From the IMG/VR virus record IMGVR_UViG_2757320370_000005: DNA of 64,000 nucleotides; one strand, given 5' to 3'. The notes beneath the pieces are model-generated. The model searched no databases. It saw nothing but the letters and a program-made list of their open reading frames with translations, and was not told where the DNA came from. Positions 36,023 through 46,344 of this stretch are shown piece by piece. Source of the DNA: a virus (lineage: Duplodnaviria; Caudoviricetes). The translations under genes and the position numbers were made by a program. Every line of letters starts with the position of its first letter. Positions within the stretch are counted from its first letter, which is position 1.

Positions 36023-36940
36023 CTATTCAGTCGGCATGCCCGCAGCTCGCCGCAGGTGATTTGCCGTGTTATTGTAATAAGCCATAGCCGTCTTGTCGCC
36101 CTTAACCTTGGCGGCCATCCAGCCCGGAGAGAGCCACCGGAACACAAGCTCCTGGACGTTACTCTTATGCAGCTGCGTGAACGGCGCTGTTGATCCCGGC
36201 TGCAACGGTATCCGGGCAGCCAGCCGCAGGTTATTTGCAAGGTTGTGCAGATGCAGCGTGCCTACCGAGTCACCAGCCTGCCGGGCTGCGAACCATGCTG
36301 GAGATACATAATCATCAATGAGTGCCTGTGCGACATTGGCTGGCAGTTGCACGGCGGTGGGTGGCGAGATAACTACCGGTTGCTCTGCAATCTCCGCCAC
36401 GACATCATATAGCAGATCCTTCAGCGTCTTGCCAGCAGTCTTCAGCGCCTGATCAATATCCCGCTTTCGCGCCGGGTCCAGCTGTTTATGGCTCGGGATG
36501 TGAGTCAGCGGGTTAAGTCTCCACTTGTCGCAGCAATAGGCCAGATACCACACAAAGCGCTTATATGCCTCGGCAAAAGCGATCTTGCCGCCATAACACA
36601 ACTCCACACCCAGCGCGATGTCGTTGGCATCGTCGCCGTAGAGCTTGTTATCCGTGGTCACGTTGTATAGTACATGCCAAGCTTTCTCGGCTAGGTCGCT
36701 GCCGGTTCCGGTCGGGATGATCTCCAGAATCTTCTTGTCATCAACAAATGTCTGCGCGGAGGCAGATCGGTTAACGAGAGTCTGAAAATAATTGAAGTGA
36801 TTATCCGCTGTTGCTCCAGGGTTGCCGGTATCGTGGGCAACTAAAAAGCCCGGAGTCCCCGATACTAACCGGGTGCCGGGTCGAACGTTTTGGCGCTTGT
36901 CGATATAACGCCGCTCGATCTTATACTTATCCTTGATCAT
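36023..36940 (-). CDS. Endolysin, N-acetylmuramoyl-L-alanine amidase (Amidase_2) with duplicated C-terminal binding repeat
   Basis: VAHDTGN, SAQTFVDD, KAWH, GVELC, IPSH. Confidence 0.93.
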   Translation of the reverse strand: MIKDKYKIERRYIDKRQNVRPGTRLVSGTPGFLVAHDTGNPGATADNHFNYFQTLVNRSASAQTFVDDKKILEIIPTGTGSDLAEKAWHVLYNVTTDNKLYGDDANDIALGVELCYGGKIAFAEAYKRFVWYLAYCCDKWRLNPLTHIPSHKQLDPARKRDIDQALKTAGKTLKDLLYDVVAEIAEQPVVISPPTAVQLPANVAQALIDDYVSPAWFAARQAGDSVGTLHLHNLANNLRLAARIPLQPGSTAPFTQLHKSNVQELVFRWLSPGWMAAKVKGDKTAMAYYNNTANHLRRAAGMPTE

Positions 36941-37224
36941 TACTTACCTCCTAATCTAATAGCCACTACAATGGCACCCACTATAACGGTAATGATAGCT
37001 CCCCCGATTGTGCGCCAAAGCCAACGTTGCCCGTCCTCAATCCGATCCAGCCGGTGGTGCGCTGATTTAGTGGACTGCATAGCCTCTCGGGCCAAATCCC
37101 GAGTTGTTTCAATCGCAGTCGTCAAAGCAGGCACAGCTTCGAGCGTCTTTTCGATACGCGCCAGTTGTATCTGTATTTCAACCAATTTATCCTCTGTTGC
37201 CACGGTACCGCCTCCTCCTGGCAT
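36940..37224 (-). CDS. XhlA-like lysis membrane protein
   Basis: Coiled coil + AHHRLD + C-terminal TM. Confidence 0.85.
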   Translation of the reverse strand: MPGGGGTVATEDKLVEIQIQLARIEKTLEAVPALTTAIETTRDLAREAMQSTKSAHHRLDRIEDGQRWLWRTIGGAIITVIVGAIVVAIRLGGK

Positions 37225-37331
37225 CGTCACTCCCCCTCTCTGCAATCTCCCTATAAAAACAGCCCCTGGGGATCTCCCCCAAGGGCAAAATAAAAACGCC
37301 TCAATGGGCGCTGCGGTTATCTCTATTCTTC

Positions 37332-37463
37332 TTATACAGCCAGAAATTCCAGTCCGCTGTCCGTCAGGATCACTTTAACCTGAGTCTTAAGAGCCTCTGT
37401 AGGCACTGCACTAAAAGCGAGTTTACCCAATATGACTCTCTGTGCCAAAAACAATGCAATCAT
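37332..37463 (-). CDS. Small tail-associated protein (XkdX/CD1375-like), 43 aa; not in the ORF track
   Basis: GGAGGTG RBS; MIALFLAQRVILGK...VKVILTDSGLEFLAV. Confidence 0.75.
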   Translation of the reverse strand: MIALFLAQRVILGKLAFSAVPTEALKTQVKVILTDSGLEFLAV

Positions 37464-37512
37464 GTTATCACCTCCTCCCAGATGTAACAGCCACCATACC
37501 AACAACCGAGCA

Positions 37513-37881
37513 TCATTGAGCCTTGATGATCATTTCCTGTAGAACGTCCTCGATAAAATCAGATCGCTCAGATTGTGCAGCCAGTTGCGCCTTCAGCAAT
37601 TCATTTTCCTTCTGCAGTTGTTGAACCTCTGTCAGCTGAGGCGGGTGGGCCGTTTGGTACTGCTCCCACATTGTTGCCAACTCCACATCTGTGCGCTCGA
37701 CCATATCGTCACCCTCAACGTACCAGCGCGGGATAACGCCGTTATACCAGAGGTCCAGGTTAAAGTGTCTGCCGCCGTTCTCTGTGACTAGCAGATCGCC
37801 GGGTTGCGGCTGCTCGAAGGCATCAGAAAAAGCGCGGATCACGTTGTCGTCTGTGTCCACGCGGATATAGTGTTTATACAT
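37513..37881 (-). CDS. Tail fibre assembly/chaperone-like protein
   Basis: Follows the fibre gene; ends with coiled coil LQKENELLKAQL. Confidence 0.75.
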   Translation of the reverse strand: MYKHYIRVDTDDNVIRAFSDAFEQPQPGDLLVTENGGRHFNLDLWYNGVIPRWYVEGDDMVERTDVELATMWEQYQTAHPPQLTEVQQLQKENELLKAQLAAQSERSDFIEDVLQEMIIKAQ

Positions 37882-37892
37882 GTCGTCCCCCC

Positions 37893-39086
37893 TTATAGTT
37901 CAGCATCTGCGGCAAAGTGGAAAAATCGTCGATTAGTTGTAGATCCATTCAGAGTGTAATTATGCCGGATTCCCGCTTCGTCTCCGATGCATGCGACACC
38001 AGATGATATAGTACGGTCAGCAGTACCATCACTCACCATACCAACGCCGCCCCCTTTACCATAAGCCGTCACTGTCGGTGTTACACGCTTGCGTGTCTTA
38101 AACGATGTATACCCAAAGTGAGGGCCACCTACCGTACCGTCTTCGGATACACCATATAGCGATCCGTTTTCAGTCGCCGTACCCGGTGCATCCTCAAGAT
38201 AATAACTTTTTTCATAGTATCGTTGACATAAAGCCAACTCATCGGCCAGGCTTCGCGCCTGAAAAGGCAGAGCAACTTCACCCACATTTACTTGCGCCTG
38301 AGCAATGTCTACATAACCAGTTGCCCAACTACCTACCGCTCCGCTCGGCGCTGATACGATCGTATTCCCAGCCTTGTATATAATAAGCGAAACGGCGAGA
38401 TAACTTCCAACGCCGACCGTTTTGCCGGATATGCTAGGTACGTTGATACTGACCGTGACTTTTTGCCAGGATGTCGTCAGATTAACGGTCGGTACATTAG
38501 CAGCAGTATTGACTTCTGCCGATCCCCCCGATCCGAAATTTTGAATAGCCACAACTCCCACGGAACGGGCAGCATTGGCTTTCATCCAAATAGTAAAGGT
38601 GACTTTCTGCCCGGCAAAGTTACGTACATCTTCAATTGCCTGGTGGAATCGGATTAGCGATTGTGTCTGTAGAGCAGATAAAGTCAGGATATTGAAGCGT
38701 GCGAAATGCTTGGGGTTGCCCGGTACAACCGTCTGTCCGGCGGCGAAATCCTGGCGTACCCAGCTGCTTGTATTCCCCGTAACAGATCCTGCATATATCT
38801 GGCTCCACCACCGATCAGGACCGTATCCATATGCATTTGATCCGTCCCCTCCAGGCAGCACCGAAGTTCCCCGCTGCCATATGTCAACCCCACCGTTTAT
38901 TAACGCCTGCTGGTTTTTGTTATACGGAACATTCTCAGCCGCCAAAAACAGCGTATCCCCGCCTGAAACATTACCGATATACAGGTCTTTGGAATCCGTG
39001 CAATACCCCGGCTCCGCAACGCTCAGACCGCCCAATGCGGCCAATTGCGCCTTAGTCCCGCGCCGTACTTGTATCTTATTAGCCAT
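37893..39086 (-). CDS. Tail fibre / receptor-binding protein
   Basis: Mtd_N-like start (IQVRRG...YCTDSKDLYIG); LINGGVDIWQRG...ELALCQRYYEK carbohydrate-binding-like body. Confidence 0.85.
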   Translation of the reverse strand: MANKIQVRRGTKAQLAALGGLSVAEPGYCTDSKDLYIGNVSGGDTLFLAAENVPYNKNQQALINGGVDIWQRGTSVLPGGDGSNAYGYGPDRWWSQIYAGSVTGNTSSWVRQDFAAGQTVVPGNPKHFARFNILTLSALQTQSLIRFHQAIEDVRNFAGQKVTFTIWMKANAARSVGVVAIQNFGSGGSAEVNTAANVPTVNLTTSWQKVTVSINVPSISGKTVGVGSYLAVSLIIYKAGNTIVSAPSGAVGSWATGYVDIAQAQVNVGEVALPFQARSLADELALCQRYYEKSYYLEDAPGTATENGSLYGVSEDGTVGGPHFGYTSFKTRKRVTPTVTAYGKGGGVGMVSDGTADRTISSGVACIGDEAGIRHNYTLNGSTTNRRFFHFAADAEL

Positions 39087-39101
39087 AATGTACAGCCCTC
39101 C

Positions 39102-39953
39102 TTAAAATGTACCGCCGTCAATGACTGCTATCTGAGCGTCTATAGCCTGAGCCGTCCGTTGCGGCGTCATATACTTAACCGCGCTCGTTCCGGCCTCTGC
39201 CTCGGCTTGCGTAGCAACTCCATAGTTGCCCACGCTACCCAGGCCCACATCTGTTGCGGTCAGCGTCACGGCTCCAGTCCGGCCAGCCACGGAGGATACA
39301 GCCCCAGTAGGTGCGAGGATCTCCTGCCAGTTAGCCAGTGTCGAGGCACCTGCCACCCGTAGGATATAGGTCTTGTTTAGGTCCGTCCTGATTGCAATGT
39401 CTCCGACCTCAGCTGTCAACGCCAGCATGGCCGCTTGGGTGGCAACTACAAAGGTGTCTGAAATAGCCAGTGCGGGCAGGACGCTATCCGGTAGTTTGCC
39501 TCCAACACCAAGGATAGGCACATTTCCCGCAGCCGTGCCTGTATCCTTGCTTGCCACTGTCCCTGCGTCCGTAATTTTGGCGAGTGTCAGGTTAGGAACA
39601 TCTGCTGCGGTCATCTGAGAGGCGGCGGTTACGCGGCCTTTAGCATCTACCGTTGCCTTTGTATATGTTCCTGCCGCAACGCCTGTGTTAGCAAGCACAA
39701 CGGCAATTGGCGCATTAGCCGATCCATCGAAGGATACAGACCCGGAGGCGTCTCCGGTAAGCGATATGGTGCGTGCTGTAGCAAGTTTTGCTGCTGTTTC
39801 CGCTGCTGCAGCGTCTGGATTTACCATGACTTTCCCGCTGCCTGTGCCTACCCAAACCTTTCCCGTATCTGTCGCGAGCGCTAACTCTCCAGCCTCTAAT
39901 GTTAGGCCCGGAATATTGGCGGATAACCCGCGCTTGATCTTAATAATCGGCAT
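39102..39953 (-). CDS. Tail fibre protein with Mtd_N-like N-terminus
   Basis: IKIKRG...GELALATDTGKVWVG; VDAKGRVT; ends IDGGTF. Confidence 0.8.
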   Translation of the reverse strand: MPIIKIKRGLSANIPGLTLEAGELALATDTGKVWVGTGSGKVMVNPDAAAAETAAKLATARTISLTGDASGSVSFDGSANAPIAVVLANTGVAAGTYTKATVDAKGRVTAASQMTAADVPNLTLAKITDAGTVASKDTGTAAGNVPILGVGGKLPDSVLPALAISDTFVVATQAAMLALTAEVGDIAIRTDLNKTYILRVAGASTLANWQEILAPTGAVSSVAGRTGAVTLTATDVGLGSVGNYGVATQAEAEAGTSAVKYMTPQRTAQAIDAQIAVIDGGTF

Positions 39954-40137
39954 CGTTCATACCACCTCTACTATTTTTCAAGGCCTCTATCTCCACAACT
40001 ACATCAGCACTTAATGTATTTGGATTGATTTCTTTCGGACCTTCCGCTGTCCCGATATACACTTTGTCTCTCTCAATATCAAGACACACCTCGCCAACTG
40101 CCAATCCTTTAGATTCCTTTGGAATACTAATTTTCAA
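39940..40137 (-). CDS. Small protein with a degenerate Mtd_N-like motif
   Basis: GEVCLDIERDKVYIG. Confidence 0.6.
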   Translation of the reverse strand: MKISIPKESKGLAVGEVCLDIERDKVYIGTAEGPKEINPNTLSADVVVEIEALKNSRGGMNDADY

Positions 40138-40151
40138 TAGTATCTCCTCCT

Positions 40152-40556
40152 TTAATATGTGCCGCCGTCAATAACGGGCCCTGTCGGATCATTACCGTCA
40201 AATGTGCCGCCGTTAATCGGCATGTATGCCAAAAAATCAATCAGATCAAGGATGTTGGCTCTGACGGTATTGTGATCGTAGGCGGTAAAGTACCGGGCAA
40301 CCTTAGACCCACTAACCCAAACTTTTGCGCCCGTCCCGTCAAACCCGCGTGTACAGCCCGTTAGGTTGTTGCCCGTCTTACCTGTATAGAGTACGGTCTC
40401 CGAACTCTCGTCTGTGCCGATTGTCAACACGTTAGGAGCAGGCGGCAACTTGCTTGCATCTGTCACGGCTACCGTAGTCGTCGCTGCTGTGAGTGCCGCT
40501 GACAACTCCGTGCCGGGCGAGTTGGCAATTGCCGGATACATCGGTTGTTGTGCCAT
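40152..40556 (-). CDS. Minor tail protein
   Basis: LTGCTRGFDGT; ends INGGTF...IDGGTY. Confidence 0.75.
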   Translation of the reverse strand: MAQQPMYPAIANSPGTELSAALTAATTTVAVTDASKLPPAPNVLTIGTDESSETVLYTGKTGNNLTGCTRGFDGTGAKVWVSGSKVARYFTAYDHNTVRANILDLIDFLAYMPINGGTFDGNDPTGPVIDGGTY

Positions 40557-40569
40557 TAGGCTCGCCTCC

Positions 40570-40965
40570 TTATCTTTGTGTCAGCTGGAGTTCACCGACC
40601 ACAAATTTAAAAATATCACCCGTCAGGATTGACCGAGAATCTGTTAATTCCCCAAAGTAAAGGAGATTCCCCCCTGTGGCTGCATCCCTTATGCCAATGT
40701 GAGTGATCTGGCCCCAGTTTGCTGTAGCCAGTGGGTATGCAATCTCTGCCGTGTTTTTAATAGTCTGAATACCGCTTACTGCCGCAGGAGCCGCAAACGT
40801 GACTGCCCGCCGAACATAAGCGCCACCCGACACTTCCAGCCCCGTGTCTACCTTTGTGGGGTTACTGGTGTAGAGAGCGACAAAAAGTGCCGCGGGCGGT
40901 GTAAACGGAGTATTGCGAAAAGCCAAGTTAAGGTATACCTTTGCTAAATAATCGGATACATTCAA
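40570..40965 (-). CDS. Minor tail protein
   Basis: VALYTSNP...YVRRAV...WGQITHIGIRDAATGGNLL. Confidence 0.8.
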   Translation of the reverse strand: MNVSDYLAKVYLNLAFRNTPFTPPAALFVALYTSNPTKVDTGLEVSGGAYVRRAVTFAAPAAVSGIQTIKNTAEIAYPLATANWGQITHIGIRDAATGGNLLYFGELTDSRSILTGDIFKFVVGELQLTQR

Positions 40966-40977
40966 TGCGTTCGCCTC

Positions 40978-41571
40978 CTATTCGAGTTTGTACTCGTTCG
41001 AAATCCTGAAATTCGACAATGTGTTTGGGCCCGTGTTTGTCAGTATGATCACGGCCTCTGAACGAATATTCCCTGCTGATTGAATTAACAACGTTGTCGG
41101 TGAAACAGTAATGACTTGCTCCGTGATATGTTCCTTCACCGAATAAGCGAACGGGTCAAAAGCCACCAGCTCCAGTTCAAACATACCAATGCTGTTATAG
41201 ATCAACCGTTCCAGCGAAGCAGATCCCGCATATCTAACCAGGTAGAATTTATCCGGCTCGTAATAGCGAACTAACTGTACTGTTCGGGGCCTGCCGTAAG
41301 AGTCCGTTAGGTGTCTGGCCAGAGAGCGCACCCGCTGCTGTAAGCCTGCTGCGCTAGGAGTATCATAATTTGTACCGTCCGCAACAAAGGCACAAGAAAA
41401 AGAAAAGACGCGTTCCGTTAGGTCCGCGCCAAAATCGTATTGCCCGTGCTTGCCGGGTATTGTAACGCCGATATCACGGGTGCCGGGGAGTAATGGTTCT
41501 TTACTCTCTTCCAACACCCGAAAGCCTAAATCAACATCCCGGATGCCTCCGAGCGAAATACTGCTTGTCAT
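40978..41571 (-). CDS. Distal tail protein (Dit)-like, N-terminal part
   Basis: Directly after TMP; IPGKHGQYDFG...EPDKFY.VRY...LVAFDPFAY. Confidence 0.85.
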   Translation of the reverse strand: MTSSISLGGIRDVDLGFRVLEESKEPLLPGTRDIGVTIPGKHGQYDFGADLTERVFSFSCAFVADGTNYDTPSAAGLQQRVRSLARHLTDSYGRPRTVQLVRYYEPDKFYLVRYAGSASLERLIYNSIGMFELELVAFDPFAYSVKEHITEQVITVSPTTLLIQSAGNIRSEAVIILTNTGPNTLSNFRISNEYKLE

Positions 41572-44500
41572 GTTAAACCCAACCCCCTTGCTGCCCGAGT
41601 GACTGAGCTCATTTGCCGACGGGATACATTGGTCTCAATCTGCTTGCCATCGAGATAGATGTTATTGTGCAAGACCAGTTCCCCGTCACCCAGCAGCCCA
41701 GCAGCCGATCCGGTAGAAGTCCTGCTGTCATTCTCCAGCGGCTGAATCCGGCTGTCGATTGCGCTCAGGCTTGGCGAGCTGAGGTCTATCGCAGCGGCGT
41801 CTGCCATATCCTGCGCAGCGCCTTCCACGGCCGACATCTGCCGTTCCATTCCCAAGGCCAGACCTTTGCCAATAAACTCGCCCAGAGCGATCATGACGCG
41901 GCTTGGTGACTTGATCTTCAGGGTGTCTTTGATTCCATTGGTGGCCGCTTGCGCTGTGGCAGCAGCCGCATTCGTGATGGCGCTTGTTCCCGACTTCATT
42001 CCCTGGATAACGCCGTTGACAATGTTCAGCCCGTAACTTTTCGCCTGAGCCTCAGCCCATTTCTTTTGCGCGGCTGTCCCGGAAGCCAACAGGCTGTTGA
42101 GATAGGCAATCTCGTTTGACATATTAGGAGTTGTCGTTGCCGCCTTGGCCGTTTTGCCGACCATTGAGAGGATATCATCTACCGCTGACTTGATGCTGTT
42201 CTTGGTGCTGTTAAGTCCGCTCAGCAAGCTCTCACCGAAGGACTGTCCAGCGTCTTGCCATTTGGGGTTGTACTCTGCCAGCAGGTCAATCAACTCTTTG
42301 TTGTTGCCATCGAGCATCAGACGCCGCGCCTCAGCTTGCAGAGCCTCTTCTGTGTTGAGGCTTGCATAGTGGGTCTTGGTAGATTCCATCTGAGTAGTGA
42401 GGCTGTCTGCAGTTGCCTGAGCGCTTTTTTCCTCTATTGATTTTTTGTTTTCATAGTCTAAACGGAGCACTTCGGCCTTTTGCTCTGATTGGCTTTTGAT
42501 GTTGTTCATTTCAGTCTTCAGCGTGTCGATTTGCGTTTGTCTTTGCTCCAGCAAATACTTTCGCTGCCGCTCTGCAAGCATGTCGTCCAGCTCGGCCTGA
42601 ATCTTTTCGCGGGCTTCGGCGGTATCGGCATCTGTCAGTTCTTTTTGCTTGTCAGCCAACTTCTTTTGGTAAGCCGCCTCTTCTGCCGCGATATCCTCCG
42701 CCTTGGTCAGTCCCTCAATACTGTCTATCTGTCCTTGCAACCCCAGAAGTTGTGCCTGAGTCTGAGCATCAAGTGTTTTGACCATTGCTTGGTACTCAGC
42801 GTCATACCCTGCAATGATGGCCTCTGACGCTACTTTGTGCTGGTCAATACGCTTTTGCAAGGCATCTGTAGCGATCTTCTCTTCTGCCGTGTAACGGGCC
42901 TTCAGGGCGTTCACAGCAGCCGTGCTGAGCGTTTCAATAGATTTGACCTGTTCGTCGTACAGCGCCTTTGCTTGGGCCGCTGCTTCTTTTGCAAGCTCAG
43001 CCCGAATTTTATTGACCTGCTTATCGATAGCGATACGCTCGGTAGTGCCGACCTTATATTTGGTCTGCAATTTCTCCCAGGCTCCCAGCTCCTGCTGCTG
43101 GGATATTTCATTCGCCTGCTTCCGTGCTTCGATAAATGTCTTTGAATCCTCGAATTGCTTTTTGGCAGCTGCCGCCGCATCCTTCGCCACCTGATCATTG
43201 GCCTTCTTGATGGCTAGGTTTATCTTCTGGACTTGCTCCCCGGTGCGGGCATAGGCCTGCTTCACCTTTTCCAAGGAGGCTATATATCCCACTTCATCGA
43301 CAGCGCCCATTTTGTATTTGTACTGCGCAGTCCCGAGCGCATCATTGAATGCTTTATTCGCAGCTGTTGCAGCTTTTTTTGCAGCAGATGCGGCTTCTCT
43401 TTGCGCTTTTTCTGCTGCAGATGCGGCAGCCTTCTGCACTTTTTCAGTAGCCTTCCGAGTCTTTTCGGCAGCCTTGCCAGCAGATTTTTCCGCAGCAGCT
43501 CCTGCCTCGCCGGTTAACTGCTCGATAGCCGCTTTAGCCTTGCTTTTGGAGTTATTAATCCCAACAACAAGACCCTGCCCAATATTTTCTCCATATCCAG
43601 TTGTGAGCCGGGAAGGGGAGTGAATCCCAAAGAAATTTTTAATTGTATTCCCGATGCTCTCCGCTACATCCTTAGCCTTTTCGACGGCTGCAGATGCCAT
43701 ACTACCGATACCATTGACCAGACCTTCCATGATGTTCTTGCCGATCTTCTTCAGGTCTATCCCCTTGAAGAATGCCATCACCTTGCCCCAAATGCCTTCG
43801 ATCACACCTTGAATAGTGCTAAAAATGTTTTTTATGCTAGTGAGCATGCTTTGGAAGTTATTCTTTACTCCCGTCCAAATTCCCTTAGCAACTGTTACAA
43901 CCGACTGAGAAAGAGACTGCCAAATCGAAGCCCCGAGAGTACGGAGTCGCGTGAATATCCCGATCCCCTCGGTGAACATGTTTTTGAAGAAATTAACCAC
44001 GCCACTGACCATCTTGGATATCAGAGAGGTTGCAGAACCTTGCAGACTTTTGAATGCATTGACGATTCCAGTGCCCATGTTTTTCATAATGGACACTCCA
44101 GATTTCAGAAGGTTAGTAAAGAGTGTCTTCAGGCCACCCAAGAAGTTCAAGGTCATGAGGCCCATCACAAAATCAATAGCCCCGCCAAGTAGTTGCTTAA
44201 TGCCTTCCCACATTTTGGACCAGTCGCCCGTGAACAGGCCGGTAAATATCTTGATTAGACCCATGATCATATCCAAAGCGCCACTTATCACATTTTTGAT
44301 GGCCGTCCAAGCCATGTCGATGATGAACTTGATGGCAGGCATGATGAATTCAATCACTTTCTTGATGCCGTTAAAAGCGTTAGTTACGGCCTGCAGGATC
44401 TGGGTTCCGTTGGTATCCCAAAACTTTTTGATCTTATCGATCTGGCCCATAACAAATGCCGAGATTGCCCCCCACGCCGAGAGCGCTACGGACTTAATAG

Positions 44501-46052
44501 ACTCCCAAGCGCTGTTCATCGTGTCCCGCACGGTGTCGCTGGTTTTGTAAAGATAGACCAGCCCCGCCACCAATGCGGCTACCCCTACTATAATCAGTCC
44601 GACTGGGCCTGTGAGGGCTGAAAACAAGGGGATGAGTCCAGATATAGAGCTGACAACTTGACCTAATATCACAAGCAAAGGCCCAACCGCTGCCGCAATA
44701 GCCGCTACAGTCACAATCATCTGCTGTGATGCAGGACTAAGCGTCGAAAACTTCTCTGCCAGTTCTGTTATCTTGTCGATAAAAGGCTCTATCGAATCTA
44801 CGGCTTGGAGCACAATAGGCATGAGCACGTCGCCCAGAGTGATTGCGATATCCGCCAGTTTGTTTTTGAGTATCTGCATTTGGCTTTCGAACGTCTTGTA
44901 TCGTTCTTCTGCTTCTTTTGTAAGAGCAGAATTTTCTTCCCATGCCTGATTTGATAAGTCTACCGCTCCAGCAAATAACTCACTCGCATTACCAGCCCGC
45001 AGCAAACTGTCTCTCAAACGGATTTCCGAAATGCCCATTTCCTCGAGCATATTAATCGCTGATGTTCCAGCGCTCTCAGCTCCACCCAAACCATTAATGA
45101 AAGCGCCGAGCGCTCCCACAGCATCATCCTTGAATGCTTTTCCGAACTGCTCTGAAGTCATTCCTGCGATCTTTCCAAAGTTCTGAAGATCCACACCGCC
45201 ATCTACGATGTTTCCCATTTGAGTTTGTGTCAGCCCTAACGCATCAGCTAGTGCCTTAAAATCCTTGCTGTTGTTATCTGCAAGCAGTTGCAGCTCCCTT
45301 AAAGACATCCCTGTCGCTTGGGTCAGAGCGTCCATCTTATCCATGCTTGTGGCTGCAACCTGCATGCGAACCATAACGCGCGATATTGCTGACCCACCCA
45401 TTTCCGCCTCGATGCCAACGGAAGAAAGCGCCGCGGCCAAGCCTAAGATATCTGCCTCAGACATCCCCACCTGTGAGCCAGCCCCGGCAAGTCTCAGCGC
45501 CATGTCCGTAATCTCAGATTCAGTCGTGGCGAAATTGTTACCGAGAGCGACAATGGATGATCCAAGCCTATCAAACTGGTCTTGCGGCATTTGAGTGATA
45601 TTTGCCAGCCGCGCTAGAGCACTCGCTGCTTCGTCGCTACTCATATTTGTTGCTATGCCTAAATCGACCATAGTTTTTGTAAAGCCGAGGATCGCGCTAG
45701 TCTTGATGCCCAACTGACCAGCCGCTTCCCCTACTCTTGCAATCTCCGATGCTGATTGAGGCATATCTTTAGCCATATCACGAATGCCTTGCCTTAACTC
45801 GGAGAATTCGGCTTCTGTGGCGTCCACTGTTTTTCGTACACCAGCAAAAGCAGATTCAAAATCAGAGGCGACTTTGAGCGATGCCGCACCAACCGCAACG
45901 AGGGGGACTGTAACCAGCGCGGTCATTGACTTACCTACATCAGCCATGCCTTTTCCGAATTTATCGACTGACTTCTGCGCCTGCTTCATGGCGTCATCAA
46001 GGCCAGTATTATTGCCCAAGATGTTTATGACAAGGTTACCGAGTAAACTCAT
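41568..46052 (-). CDS. Tail tape measure protein
   Basis: 1494 aa; TP901-type TMP N-domain (FESAFAGVRKTVD); helical repeats. Confidence 0.95.
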   Translation of the reverse strand: MSLLGNLVINILGNNTGLDDAMKQAQKSVDKFGKGMADVGKSMTALVTVPLVAVGAASLKVASDFESAFAGVRKTVDATEAEFSELRQGIRDMAKDMPQSASEIARVGEAAGQLGIKTSAILGFTKTMVDLGIATNMSSDEAASALARLANITQMPQDQFDRLGSSIVALGNNFATTESEITDMALRLAGAGSQVGMSEADILGLAAALSSVGIEAEMGGSAISRVMVRMQVAATSMDKMDALTQATGMSLRELQLLADNNSKDFKALADALGLTQTQMGNIVDGGVDLQNFGKIAGMTSEQFGKAFKDDAVGALGAFINGLGGAESAGTSAINMLEEMGISEIRLRDSLLRAGNASELFAGAVDLSNQAWEENSALTKEAEERYKTFESQMQILKNKLADIAITLGDVLMPIVLQAVDSIEPFIDKITELAEKFSTLSPASQQMIVTVAAIAAAVGPLLVILGQVVSSISGLIPLFSALTGPVGLIIVGVAALVAGLVYLYKTSDTVRDTMNSAWESIKSVALSAWGAISAFVMGQIDKIKKFWDTNGTQILQAVTNAFNGIKKVIEFIMPAIKFIIDMAWTAIKNVISGALDMIMGLIKIFTGLFTGDWSKMWEGIKQLLGGAIDFVMGLMTLNFLGGLKTLFTNLLKSGVSIMKNMGTGIVNAFKSLQGSATSLISKMVSGVVNFFKNMFTEGIGIFTRLRTLGASIWQSLSQSVVTVAKGIWTGVKNNFQSMLTSIKNIFSTIQGVIEGIWGKVMAFFKGIDLKKIGKNIMEGLVNGIGSMASAAVEKAKDVAESIGNTIKNFFGIHSPSRLTTGYGENIGQGLVVGINNSKSKAKAAIEQLTGEAGAAAEKSAGKAAEKTRKATEKVQKAAASAAEKAQREAASAAKKAATAANKAFNDALGTAQYKYKMGAVDEVGYIASLEKVKQAYARTGEQVQKINLAIKKANDQVAKDAAAAAKKQFEDSKTFIEARKQANEISQQQELGAWEKLQTKYKVGTTERIAIDKQVNKIRAELAKEAAAQAKALYDEQVKSIETLSTAAVNALKARYTAEEKIATDALQKRIDQHKVASEAIIAGYDAEYQAMVKTLDAQTQAQLLGLQGQIDSIEGLTKAEDIAAEEAAYQKKLADKQKELTDADTAEAREKIQAELDDMLAERQRKYLLEQRQTQIDTLKTEMNNIKSQSEQKAEVLRLDYENKKSIEEKSAQATADSLTTQMESTKTHYASLNTEEALQAEARRLMLDGNNKELIDLLAEYNPKWQDAGQSFGESLLSGLNSTKNSIKSAVDDILSMVGKTAKAATTTPNMSNEIAYLNSLLASGTAAQKKWAEAQAKSYGLNIVNGVIQGMKSGTSAITNAAAATAQAATNGIKDTLKIKSPSRVMIALGEFIGKGLALGMERQMSAVEGAAQDMADAAAIDLSSPSLSAIDSRIQPLENDSRTSTGSAAGLLGDGELVLHNNIYLDGKQIETNVSRRQMSSVTRAARGLGLT

Positions 46053-46342
46053 GATCCCCCTCCTTCCGGCCGCTTGATGCGGTCACCGTATTGCTTCCGA
46101 AATGCCGCCTTATCCGGGGTTTGATTACCATCGCCTCGGACTCGCCGTTCCTTCTTGGGCTGTTCTTTCGCACCAAAAAGGCCGACCCCAATGCGGCCGA
46201 CCAAGATGTTCGATTTATTCTCTTCATGTTCCATCCCGTAGTCGTAATACATCATGATCTGCGGGAAGGACATGTGATCCAGCATGTAATCAGGCGTTGC
46301 CCAGGAGTACATTGCGCCCATTCGCGCAAAAATACGCCCCAA
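46049..46342 (-). CDS. Tail assembly chaperone extension (gpT-like), reached by -1 frameshift
   Basis: In the -1 frame after A AAA AAC at 46372-46366, with no intervening stop. Confidence 0.8.
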   Translation of the reverse strand: MGRIFARMGAMYSWATPDYMLDHMSFPQIMMYYDYGMEHEENKSNILVGRIGVGLFGAKEQPKKERRVRGDGNQTPDKAAFRKQYGDRIKRPEGGGS

Positions 46343-46344
46343 CT

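Noticed and set aside
33043-40556. Diversity-generating retroelement suggested by Mtd_N-like domains
   Set aside because: No reverse transcriptase and no TR/VR repeat pair seen in the window
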